Virus record (IMG/VR): IMGVR_UViG_3300035493_000006
Span: 1-43,670 of that record
Length of the DNA stretch: 43,670 bases
Source of the DNA: a virus
Taxonomy: Duplodnaviria > Caudoviricetes
Reading direction: 5' to 3' (one strand)
Of the stretch, positions 24,659-32,069 are shown piece by piece (position 1 is the stretch's first letter; each line of letters begins with the position of its first letter). The position numbers and the translations under genes are program-made. The notes under the pieces were generated by a model. It did no database searches. It was given only the letters and a program-made list of their open reading frames with translations, and was not told where the DNA came from.

Positions 24659-25113
24659 GCTTCTGGGGTAAATTATTCGGGACCGAAAAGGCCCTTAACG
24701 GAATCGTCGACGGCGTAACTAACGGGCTCGACGCCCTGGTCTATACCGACGAGGAAAAGGCAGCAGACGCAGCGGCGGACCGTTCCGAAGCGCGTAAAAT
24801 GGTCGTGCAATGGATGGCGGCCACGCAGGGGCAGAACCTCGCGCGCCGGCTAATTGCGCTATCTATTACCGGCGTATGGTTATCTATGTACTTGCTTTCG
24901 GTACTTTGCGCTATGGTCGCAGTATTCACGAATGCGGACGGGGTAGTTACCGCCGAGAAGATTAACCAGGTAGGTACTGTCGCTAAGGGGGCCGCTATGG
25001 ATATGAACCCGGCCGTTATGCTTATTTTGGCGTTCTACTTTGCGGCTCCCCATATGGGCGATATTGCAAAGGCAGTAACCGGAAAATTTACCCAAAGCGT
25101 TAATAAAGGGTAA
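24655..25113 (+). CDS. Lysis-cassette membrane protein (GTA 3TM-holin-like)
   Basis: Amphipathic N-terminus, YTDEEKA, two hydrophobic segments, ILAFYF; coupled to the endolysin gene. Confidence 0.6.
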   Translation: MSFWGKLFGTEKALNGIVDGVTNGLDALVYTDEEKAADAAADRSEARKMVVQWMAATQGQNLARRLIALSITGVWLSMYLLSVLCAMVAVFTNADGVVTAEKINQVGTVAKGAAMDMNPAVMLILAFYFAAPHMGDIAKAVTGKFTQSVNKG

Positions 25114-25121
25114 AAATACCC

Positions 25122-25454
25122 ATGAAATTAAAAAAATCTAAGGAACAAAGGGTTATGCCAGACTTTTTAACAAAGTTACCGCCAGAGGCGGCGGGGGTAC
25201 TTATGGCTATGTTTATCGCTGCTTTGCGGGTCGTCTACGACCGCGAGGAAACTAAACCTATGCGTATTTTACTGGAATCCGGTATCTGCGGGGGACTCAG
25301 TCTAACCGCGTCGTCGGGTATCCTGGCTATGGGCTTGGATATGAACTGGGCTATATTCGCGGGCGGCGCTATTGGTTACTTCGGCTCGGCCACGGTACGC
25401 CAGGTAGCATTAAAAGTCCTAAACGCCCGGATTAACAGCCGTAACGGCAAGTAA
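25122..25454 (+). CDS. Holin, lambda S-like, possible dual start (25122 / 25155)
   Basis: Three hydrophobic segments, LLESGICG and GGAIGYFG motifs, basic C-terminus. Confidence 0.8.
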   Translation: MKLKKSKEQRVMPDFLTKLPPEAAGVLMAMFIAALRVVYDREETKPMRILLESGICGGLSLTASSGILAMGLDMNWAIFAGGAIGYFGSATVRQVALKVLNARINSRNGK

Positions 25455-25779
25455 AATCCTCGTCCGTCGGTCCCGTCGGGTGGTACTGGCACCATACGCC
25501 GCCGCCCTTTCTATGCGGGAACCAATAGCCCGAGCAGTGGCAGGTATTAAAAACCCCTTTCCTTTGTTTCCACTCATAGTAACGGCTCATATCGAGCCGC
25601 CAGTCGACGGCCCCGCAGCACCGGCAGCGCGGCGGCCGTAAGTATTGCCATAGCTCGCGCTTTAAACTGCGCCGAGACCTGCAGGAGCCGCACCGGTAAT
25701 GCTTACGTGGCCTTACCTTGCCGTTTAGCTTCTGGCAGTAGTCGGCGGCTCGTATCTCCCAGGACCAGTTAATCGACAT
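25432..25779 (-). CDS. Cys/His-rich putative zinc-binding protein
   Basis: CGSC, CRCC and CHC..YWFPHRKG...C..H; coupled to the upstream ORF. Confidence 0.7.
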   Translation of the reverse strand: MSINWSWEIRAADYCQKLNGKVRPRKHYRCGSCRSRRSLKRELWQYLRPPRCRCCGAVDWRLDMSRYYEWKQRKGVFNTCHCSGYWFPHRKGGGVWCQYHPTGPTDEDFTCRYGC

Positions 25780-26017
25780 TTATAAAAGCCTTATGCCAGG
25801 CGACGACCTCCGGGTTATCCGGGTCGTTAGCGGGTCCGATATACTCGCGCGGGTCGGATTCTGCAGCTACGAAAAATTTCGCTAACTGCTTCGGGTCCTT
25901 CTCTAATTCGAGCTGGGCGATAAACACGTCGTACGCGCATACCGCGAGGCGGAGTTCTTCTTCCGTTACCGGCTCGCCACGGCGGGCAGCGTCGGTTATA
26001 TCTGATAGCGTTCTCAT
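25769..26017 (-). CDS. Hypothetical protein
   Basis: 82 aa; ATGA coupling, RBS AAGGAG-like context. Confidence 0.7.
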   Translation of the reverse strand: MRTLSDITDAARRGEPVTEEELRLAVCAYDVFIAQLELEKDPKQLAKFFVAAESDPREYIGPANDPDNPEVVAWHKAFINVD

Positions 26018-26211
26018 TCTTTAAGTACCTTAAGTATCGTAGCGTAGGGGGCGAACGTCGCCGCCCTCGATTCGCCAGACTCGGTACGGATAACGACCCA
26101 GTCGGCGCCCGCCGCCTCTACTCGTACCTGTTCGTACGCGAGGCTTTCGTCGCCTAAATGCTTCGCGCCGTTCCAGCCTAATTTAATAACGTCCCCTGGT
26201 AGTAGTTGCAT
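26014..26211 (-). CDS. Hypothetical protein
   Basis: 65 aa directly downstream of the polymerase. Confidence 0.65.
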   Translation of the reverse strand: MQLLPGDVIKLGWNGAKHLGDESLAYEQVRVEAAGADWVVIRTESGESRAATFAPYATILKVLKE

Positions 26212-26213
26212 AA

Positions 26214-28448
26214 TCAGTCCTTCCTATATCGCTTACCGCGCCATCCGCCGGCGGCCTTAATAGGCCAGTCCGCGCACCAGTCCGGTAGCGTCGCCATAAT
26301 TTGCTCGAATTCCTCGACCGTGCCGGCGCCCTCCGGCACCTCGCTAACTATTTCGTCGTGGATATGCAGAACGACGCTATAGCCCGCCTTCTCGACGTTA
26401 ACGAGGGCGTGGGTAAGGATATCCCGCGCGGTCGCCTGGACGACGTTTTCGCAGAGTTTACCGCCGTACGTATCGAGCCGTAGCCAGCCGGTCGGACCCT
26501 TCTCATAGTCGGTATTCCAGCCCATATACGTAAGTTTAAGGACCTGTTTACCCCATGGCGTTACGTCCGGATGCAATCGCGGAGCGTGGTAACATAGCTT
26601 ACGGCCGCTAAGTAGCTGGCAGTAGAGGACGTCGTCCTTAACGCCGTAGGTAATCCCCCGGTACTGGTAGCACTGGCCTGGATTCTGGACCGCCGCGACC
26701 GCCGCGTCTTCCAGCCCATACCAGAACTTAACAATACTCTGGGACTCATTACGCCAGGCCTTAATAGCGTCCCTAATTTCCTGTTCTTCGAGGTGCTTAT
26801 CGGCGCCGAATGCAAGCCAGGCACCGTACCCGCCCTGGTACCCGCTCGCCAGTTCCGCGACCTTGCCTACTTTCTTCCTCATAGGGTGGTGGTCGCCGGT
26901 TTCTTCCTTATGGCGGACGAATTCCTCGAACGGGATACCGGTAATTTTAGCCGCCGACATTTCGTATATTTTGCCATGCGTCCGAAATACTTCGAGGCGC
27001 CATTCCTCGCCAGCCAGGGCAGCCAATACCACGGCCTCGATAGCCGAGTAATCCGAGCATATTAGGTCGTGGCCAGGTGCTGCAGAGAAAAGCCCGCGCA
27101 GGCAGCCAGAAACAGCCGCCACCGCGTCGCCGAATACCGTCTCGACGTGCTGCAGTAGTCCGTACTTAATGACCGCGAGGGCGTCTTCTACGGCTTCGAT
27201 ACCCCACTCGGCCGACTCGCTCGCCCAGCCAGGGGCGCTACACCAGGGGCAGGCGTCCAGGTGCGGGCCGTAATGACGGCCGCAACCGCTAACGGGGTCG
27301 CAGCGTAGGACCTTCGGCCCGGAGTTCGGCAGGTTTTGGGGCTGAGGTCCACGGCCAGCGAAACGCCCCGTACGGTCCGCCCCGCAGAATGCGAACAGGT
27401 CGCGGAGCCGCCCGTCTTTACTAACGCGGCGGTCGATGGCGAACAGCTTCTTAACGCTCGCAGCGCCCAGGCTCGAACGTATCTCTAACACTCGTCGGGC
27501 AGCCGGCGGCAGGTCGTCGCGCTTAAGGGCGGCTTCTACGCTATCCGCGTCCAGGCTATCCATACGGACGCCCTGGCCCCCTAGCCAGCCGCTTAGCTTC
27601 TGTATCTCGCTGGCGCCCTTAACGACGCCGCCGGTTAACGCCTGCAGCTCGGCGGTATATTTCTCGTGGGCTTGCTCGATAATCGCCTTACAGTTAGCCA
27701 GGGCGTCGCGGTCAATCGATACGCCCCGGAAGTTAATACGCTGGTCCAGGAGCCACAATTCCAGCTCGTCCGGCGACAGGTCCGGGATAAGCGCAGAGAC
27801 CGCCGACTCAGCCTTAATATCGCCGAGGTTATAGTCGTACAGCTTACCGGCGTCTTCGGCGTGGTCCGGGTCGTACGGGTGGTTACGGCGCCGGTCGTCG
27901 TTCTTCGTCGGATTACGGGGTTTACTGAATTTATTCAGCAGGCGCCCGCCGTCGGCGATTTTCTGGTCCGCTACCTGCAGTACGTCGGCCGCTTTCCCCA
28001 GGGCGCCAGGTAACGAAAAGGCGCGGGCCTTAGCCATGGCGTCCCGTAGTTGTTCGAAAGGCAGCTCCGGCCAGCCCATAGGCCTACAGACGTTTTCCCA
28101 GATATGCCACTCAAAGGCACTATTCCAGGCTTCCAGCAGACCGCCGGCGACGATATGCGCAAATAGGTCCTCGGGTAGCGGCATTCCAGGAAGCCACAGT
28201 CTCGGCCCCGCCCCGTCTTTCAAGTTGTACGCCAGGCTAAGTACCTCGGTCGACGGGTGCTCGGCGTAAACTGCAGCGCCTACCGCCCCTAAGCCATGCG
28301 GCGGGGACTTCGTTATCGACTTCCACTTCTTCGCCTTCTCGTCGAAATAATAGCCAGCCTCGCTATACGTCTCGAAGTCGAAATCGGGCAGCACTTCGGC
28401 AGTGCCCGCCCCTGCCGGTATTTTATGCCCTGCGGGTAATTCGGTCAT
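26214..28448 (-). CDS. DNA polymerase, family A (APSE-like phage type) with 3'-5' exonuclease
   Basis: DFETYS (ExoI), AWNSAFE (ExoII), RTGRFAG..PQPQNLP, motif A DYSAIE, motif B KVAELASGY, motif C HIHDEIV. Confidence 0.95.
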   Translation of the reverse strand: MTELPAGHKIPAGAGTAEVLPDFDFETYSEAGYYFDEKAKKWKSITKSPPHGLGAVGAAVYAEHPSTEVLSLAYNLKDGAGPRLWLPGMPLPEDLFAHIVAGGLLEAWNSAFEWHIWENVCRPMGWPELPFEQLRDAMAKARAFSLPGALGKAADVLQVADQKIADGGRLLNKFSKPRNPTKNDDRRRNHPYDPDHAEDAGKLYDYNLGDIKAESAVSALIPDLSPDELELWLLDQRINFRGVSIDRDALANCKAIIEQAHEKYTAELQALTGGVVKGASEIQKLSGWLGGQGVRMDSLDADSVEAALKRDDLPPAARRVLEIRSSLGAASVKKLFAIDRRVSKDGRLRDLFAFCGADRTGRFAGRGPQPQNLPNSGPKVLRCDPVSGCGRHYGPHLDACPWCSAPGWASESAEWGIEAVEDALAVIKYGLLQHVETVFGDAVAAVSGCLRGLFSAAPGHDLICSDYSAIEAVVLAALAGEEWRLEVFRTHGKIYEMSAAKITGIPFEEFVRHKEETGDHHPMRKKVGKVAELASGYQGGYGAWLAFGADKHLEEQEIRDAIKAWRNESQSIVKFWYGLEDAAVAAVQNPGQCYQYRGITYGVKDDVLYCQLLSGRKLCYHAPRLHPDVTPWGKQVLKLTYMGWNTDYEKGPTGWLRLDTYGGKLCENVVQATARDILTHALVNVEKAGYSVVLHIHDEIVSEVPEGAGTVEEFEQIMATLPDWCADWPIKAAGGWRGKRYRKD

Positions 28449-29080
28449 ACGCGGTTAACCTCCCCCGGCATTATTACCGCGCATACTGGCACGCCTTTGA
28501 CGTCACCGATCACGCAGAACGGGCCGTTATCGTTTCGCATAATTACTGCGTTATTAACCGACCGCATAACCGAGTCGAAATAGGGCTTAGGAACCCCGCG
28601 CCCGTTCCAGGGGAGCACGTACACCAGTCCGGACGGCGTATCAACAATTTCTAAGGACTCTAAATCGAACCCGTCGAACGGGCCGTCGACCTGCGCTTCT
28701 GCCATGGCCGTTAGGTAGTCGGGCATTATCGCTACGTCGTCGCCAGCGCACCCTCTGCCAGCGTCGTAGAACCCGGCGCCGAGCCCTAAATCGCTCATAA
28801 CTATGTGGGCCGCCTTCGTGGTTGCCGATGCGATTAGCCCGTTAGCCGACTCAACGTACTTACAGAACGCATAGTTAGCTTTATCGTCCAGTATGGAAGC
28901 AGCCCACTCGAAGGGGTCGCTAATCTTCTTAGGCCGTGGCGGTAGAAAATAAGAGTAAAGCGCGGCAAGTTCTGCGTCGGACGCTTGCGCGCCGTCCGCC
29001 ATTCGCCGAATAACCGCGAAGCACTCCTCTTTACCAGCGCGCTTATCCCGGTGCGCCGCCAAGTATGGTACGTTACTCAT
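28445..29080 (-). CDS. Hypothetical protein, possibly sliding-clamp (beta) fold fragment
   Basis: Coupled to the polymerase; contains PDY and terminal AVIMP resembling beta-clamp domain motifs; weak. Confidence 0.55.
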   Translation of the reverse strand: MSNVPYLAAHRDKRAGKEECFAVIRRMADGAQASDAELAALYSYFLPPRPKKISDPFEWAASILDDKANYAFCKYVESANGLIASATTKAAHIVMSDLGLGAGFYDAGRGCAGDDVAIMPDYLTAMAEAQVDGPFDGFDLESLEIVDTPSGLVYVLPWNGRGVPKPYFDSVMRSVNNAVIMRNDNGPFCVIGDVKGVPVCAVIMPGEVNRV

Positions 29081-30057
29081 TAAGCACCTCCTATAAACAA
29101 TTCGTCGCCGTTCATGGACTCGAAGCTGTCCCCGCGCGCAGCGGCCGCGACGTTAATCTCGGCTTGGCGGTAGTAACTATCTTTCAATTCCACGCCAATA
29201 CCTAGGCGGCCTAGCGATACCGGTACGTAAACCTCGGACCCTACGCCCATGAACGGGGTGAATACTTTCTCGCCGGGATTACTTCTAAGCTGGACTACCC
29301 GCTCGATAACGTCGAGCTGCAGCGGGTGAACGTGTTTTTCGTCTTCCGGGTCCCGGCTTTCTTTATACGGCAGTACGCGGTCGATTCGGATATCATCCCA
29401 CATACAGTCCGCGTACTGGCGCCATATCCAGTGGCTAAAAATGTTATCGGTCTGTTTCCCTTTGTACCCTCGGTACTTAATAAGCTCTGACGGTACTTCC
29501 CGGTCGCCGGCGTAGCTCATCATGCCTACCGGATGGGTAACGGGCACTGGATTTTTACCGCGCTTTCTAAAAAGCAGCAAGTAGTCGGCGCTGGCTATGC
29601 CGCAGTCCATCGAGTCGGCCACTAGCGACGCGTGGGCCAGGTTCTTTTGCATCGTCCGCAGCCTGACCGCTAGGGGCTCCTTCCATATCACGTGACGCCC
29701 CGCGTAATCGAATCCGTTACGCTCGTGCATCCGGATGATATCTCCAGCAAAGTCCAGGTACGCGTCAGTCCCGCTATTGCTTTTCGGAATATCCATGCAG
29801 TGTACCGCCGTCATACGGCCGGGCATGGTGATTCGACCTATCTCTTTAATGACGTATTCGTAGTGGGCGGAGAACGCCGCGTAATCGTCGCTATTCGACA
29901 AATCGCGCTCGTTCGAACTGTATTGGTACAGTCCCCCGAACGGCGGGGAGTATATCGACAAGTGGATAGACTCGTCCGGCATATCGGCCATCACTTCGAC
30001 GCAATCGCCGTTATATATCGCATACTTATCGGTTATTGTTTGATTTTTTACAGCCAT
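29080..30057 (-). CDS. DNA amino-methyltransferase (N4-C/N6-A, beta class)
   Basis: IYNGDC, catalytic SPPF, HVHPLQLD and SAM-binding FTPFMGVGS, in beta-class order. Confidence 0.92.
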   Translation of the reverse strand: MAVKNQTITDKYAIYNGDCVEVMADMPDESIHLSIYSPPFGGLYQYSSNERDLSNSDDYAAFSAHYEYVIKEIGRITMPGRMTAVHCMDIPKSNSGTDAYLDFAGDIIRMHERNGFDYAGRHVIWKEPLAVRLRTMQKNLAHASLVADSMDCGIASADYLLLFRKRGKNPVPVTHPVGMMSYAGDREVPSELIKYRGYKGKQTDNIFSHWIWRQYADCMWDDIRIDRVLPYKESRDPEDEKHVHPLQLDVIERVVQLRSNPGEKVFTPFMGVGSEVYVPVSLGRLGIGVELKDSYYRQAEINVAAAARGDSFESMNGDELFIGGA

Positions 30058-31412
30058 TTCGGGACCTCTATACTTTTATTGAATTTAGTTAATTTTACAG
30101 ACTCGGCGGACGCGCCCATCTTGCCGACGAGGCGGTCAAACATATCGGCCGCGCCGTCCTCTTTTCGTTGCAGGTTATTAAGTACTCCGCGCTCGCCTTC
30201 GGTAGCCACGATGTCGACGTGTACGGGGCGCTCCTGGCCGAACCGCCAGAACCGGCGCACTGCCTGGTAATACTGTTCGAACGAATGCGAGGGGAAAAAC
30301 GTCATATGATTACAGTGCTGGAAGTTCAGGCCCCACGCGCCGATACTAGGCTTCGTAACCAGGTGCTTAACCTCGCCGGATACAAACGCCTCGAACTTGC
30401 GCTCTTTAGCTGCGTCTGAGTCCTTGCCGCTTATCTGGACGCTCCCCGGGATAAGACTCTCGAGTAAGTCGCCTTCGGCGTTCGTATGACACCACGCGAC
30501 CGAGAAGTCATTGCGCGATATAATAAGCTCTGCCGCTTTCTCGCACCGTTCTCGTACCGTCGCGCTGCGCTCCTGGCGCTGCTCCTGAAGGCCTACCGCC
30601 GGGAGGTGGAACAGGTCGCCGTCCTTTCTAAGGCTCGACTTAACGATATGCTCACGTGTCACTAGGTCTGGCAGCGTGTATCGGCCGTTATCGAAACCGA
30701 GGTCAGAGGGCTTGCGACAGGCCAACGCCCACCCCGACACCCAATCCCAGAAAGGTCCCTCCGCGTGGCCTTTAAACCGCCATTTGATTACCTCACCTTG
30801 CATCCGGCCGCGCGCGGAGTTATTTAGGTTGTTCTTAAAATACTTGTTAAGCATATCTACGTAGCCCATATACCCGAGCGCCTCGGAGCTGGTGCCGAGT
30901 TCGGTAAAATCATTAGGGGCAGGCGTGGCAGATGCAAGCAAGCGGAACGGCATCTTACGCATAAACGCCGTTACCTCGGCCTTTCGGGTTCCGTCAAAGT
31001 TCTTAAGAATACTCGACTCGTCGCAGGCCATGCCTACGAAGTCCGCAGGGTTGAACTTATGAATTTGCTCATAGTTGGTTACGGTTATACCTCGGAAGGC
31101 TCGGCCATCCGACGATCTCCTCGCCTCTATACCGAACTTCTCGGCCTCTGTTACGATCTGATGGGCTACCGCCAGGACCGTCACTACCAATACGTTACCG
31201 CCCGTCTTCTCGACGATATTCTGCGCCCAGGCCAGCTCCTGCAAAGTCTTTCCGAGCCCGCAGTCCGCGAGGATAGCGCCCCGACCTTTACGCACCGCCC
31301 AGTCAATTATATGCCTCTGGAAGTCGAAGGCCGCGTCTGGCATAAACACGGGTTCGAACCCTTCGTTGGCGCCTATGCTTACCTTCGACTCTAAAAATTT
31401 ATGGTAATCCAA
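30048..31412 (-). CDS. SNF2-like SF2 helicase
   Basis: DCGLGKT, CDESS, SATPAPND, WGLNFQ and QAVRRFWRFGQ motifs. Confidence 0.9.
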   Translation of the reverse strand: MDYHKFLESKVSIGANEGFEPVFMPDAAFDFQRHIIDWAVRKGRGAILADCGLGKTLQELAWAQNIVEKTGGNVLVVTVLAVAHQIVTEAEKFGIEARRSSDGRAFRGITVTNYEQIHKFNPADFVGMACDESSILKNFDGTRKAEVTAFMRKMPFRLLASATPAPNDFTELGTSSEALGYMGYVDMLNKYFKNNLNNSARGRMQGEVIKWRFKGHAEGPFWDWVSGWALACRKPSDLGFDNGRYTLPDLVTREHIVKSSLRKDGDLFHLPAVGLQEQRQERSATVRERCEKAAELIISRNDFSVAWCHTNAEGDLLESLIPGSVQISGKDSDAAKERKFEAFVSGEVKHLVTKPSIGAWGLNFQHCNHMTFFPSHSFEQYYQAVRRFWRFGQERPVHVDIVATEGERGVLNNLQRKEDGAADMFDRLVGKMGASAESVKLTKFNKSIEVPKWL

Positions 31413-31667
31413 TTACATATCCTCATTATCGATCGTTTCGGCCGTTAGCGCTTGGCTAGGCCCCCAGATAAAGGCGATAGCCGCCTTAGTTGCTCGCAGC
31501 TTTCCCCAGAACCCCAGGTTAGGAATATCTTCGATACGCTTAGCGTTACGAACGGAGGAAGGCGCGGCGGATTTAACGCGGCCCTTAACGAGCGCGTCGT
31601 TATGCGTAAGGACCAGGTCGCCGCGTAAGTCTAATATCTGCTTCCCGCCTTTTTTGAAAAAGTACAT
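31413..31667 (-). CDS. Hypothetical protein
   Basis: 84 aa, RBS AGGG, abuts the helicase start. Confidence 0.65.
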   Translation of the reverse strand: MYFFKKGGKQILDLRGDLVLTHNDALVKGRVKSAAPSSVRNAKRIEDIPNLGFWGKLRATKAAIAFIWGPSQALTAETIDNEDM

Positions 31668-31683
31668 ACGTTAGCCCTGTTAA

Positions 31684-31793
31684 TGGCGGCTGGCGTCCCG
31701 CTACCCCGATTACGTCCTCTAACGGCCTTTACTCGTCGCGTCCTGCGCGAACATAGTTTTATCACCTCGGCACGGGGCAAGCGTTAGCCAGCC
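31684..31793 (-). ncRNA. Candidate 110-nt structured RNA with 7-bp closing stem and GCCA 3' end
   Basis: Minus strand: GGCTGGC...GCCAGCC-GCCA; second helix CGCTTGCCCCG/CGGGGTAGCG; inner hairpin TCGCG-CAGGA-CGCGA; fills the intergenic gap after acb2. Confidence 0.5.
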
Positions 31794-31800
31794 TAAAAAG

Positions 31801-32025
31801 TTAGAAGCTAGTAGGCTGCGCGATTGAACGAACCGCAGCCATAAAGCCCTTTTGTAAATCAGTTTTAGCGATAGCAACCCAGCGCTGATCCAGCCCTTCG
31901 GTATTTTCCAGTTTATCGATAAGGACGCCGACCTCGTGGGCCTTTTCCTTAACTTCGTTCATTGCCTGGACTTCTTCCGTGCTAAGGTCCCGGTAGCCTT
32001 TAATATGCTTATGCTGGTTATCCAC
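31801..32025 (-). CDS. acb2: Anti-CBASS protein Acb2 (cyclic oligonucleotide sponge)
   Basis: MDNQHKHIKGYRDLSTEE...MNEVK and RWVAIAKTDLQKGFMAAVRSIAQPTSF closely match the Acb2/T4 Vs.4 family signature; strong RBS GGAGG. Confidence 0.93.
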   Translation of the reverse strand: MDNQHKHIKGYRDLSTEEVQAMNEVKEKAHEVGVLIDKLENTEGLDQRWVAIAKTDLQKGFMAAVRSIAQPTSF

Positions 32026-32047
32026 TCGGATACCCTCCGTAAATTAT

Positions 32048-32063
32048 GGCCCCCGAAGGGGCC
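32048..32063 (-). terminator. C(UUCG)G hairpin after the SSB gene
   Basis: Minus strand GGCCCC-TTCG-GGGGCC followed by ATAATTT. Confidence 0.6.
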
Positions 32064-32069
32064 GTTAGA

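Noticed and set aside
31690-31770. Word-level resemblance of the acb2-adjacent RNA to c-di-GMP-I/cGAMP riboswitches (AAAC, GGACGC, GGCC, GGUAGCGGG)
   Set aside because: The GNRA tetraloop and receptor and the expected P2/P3 pairing are not present; not called without a covariance-model hit.
31684-31793. Canonical tRNA or tmRNA gene
   Set aside because: No T-psi-C loop, D arm or anticodon arm; too short for tmRNA and no tag-like reading frame.
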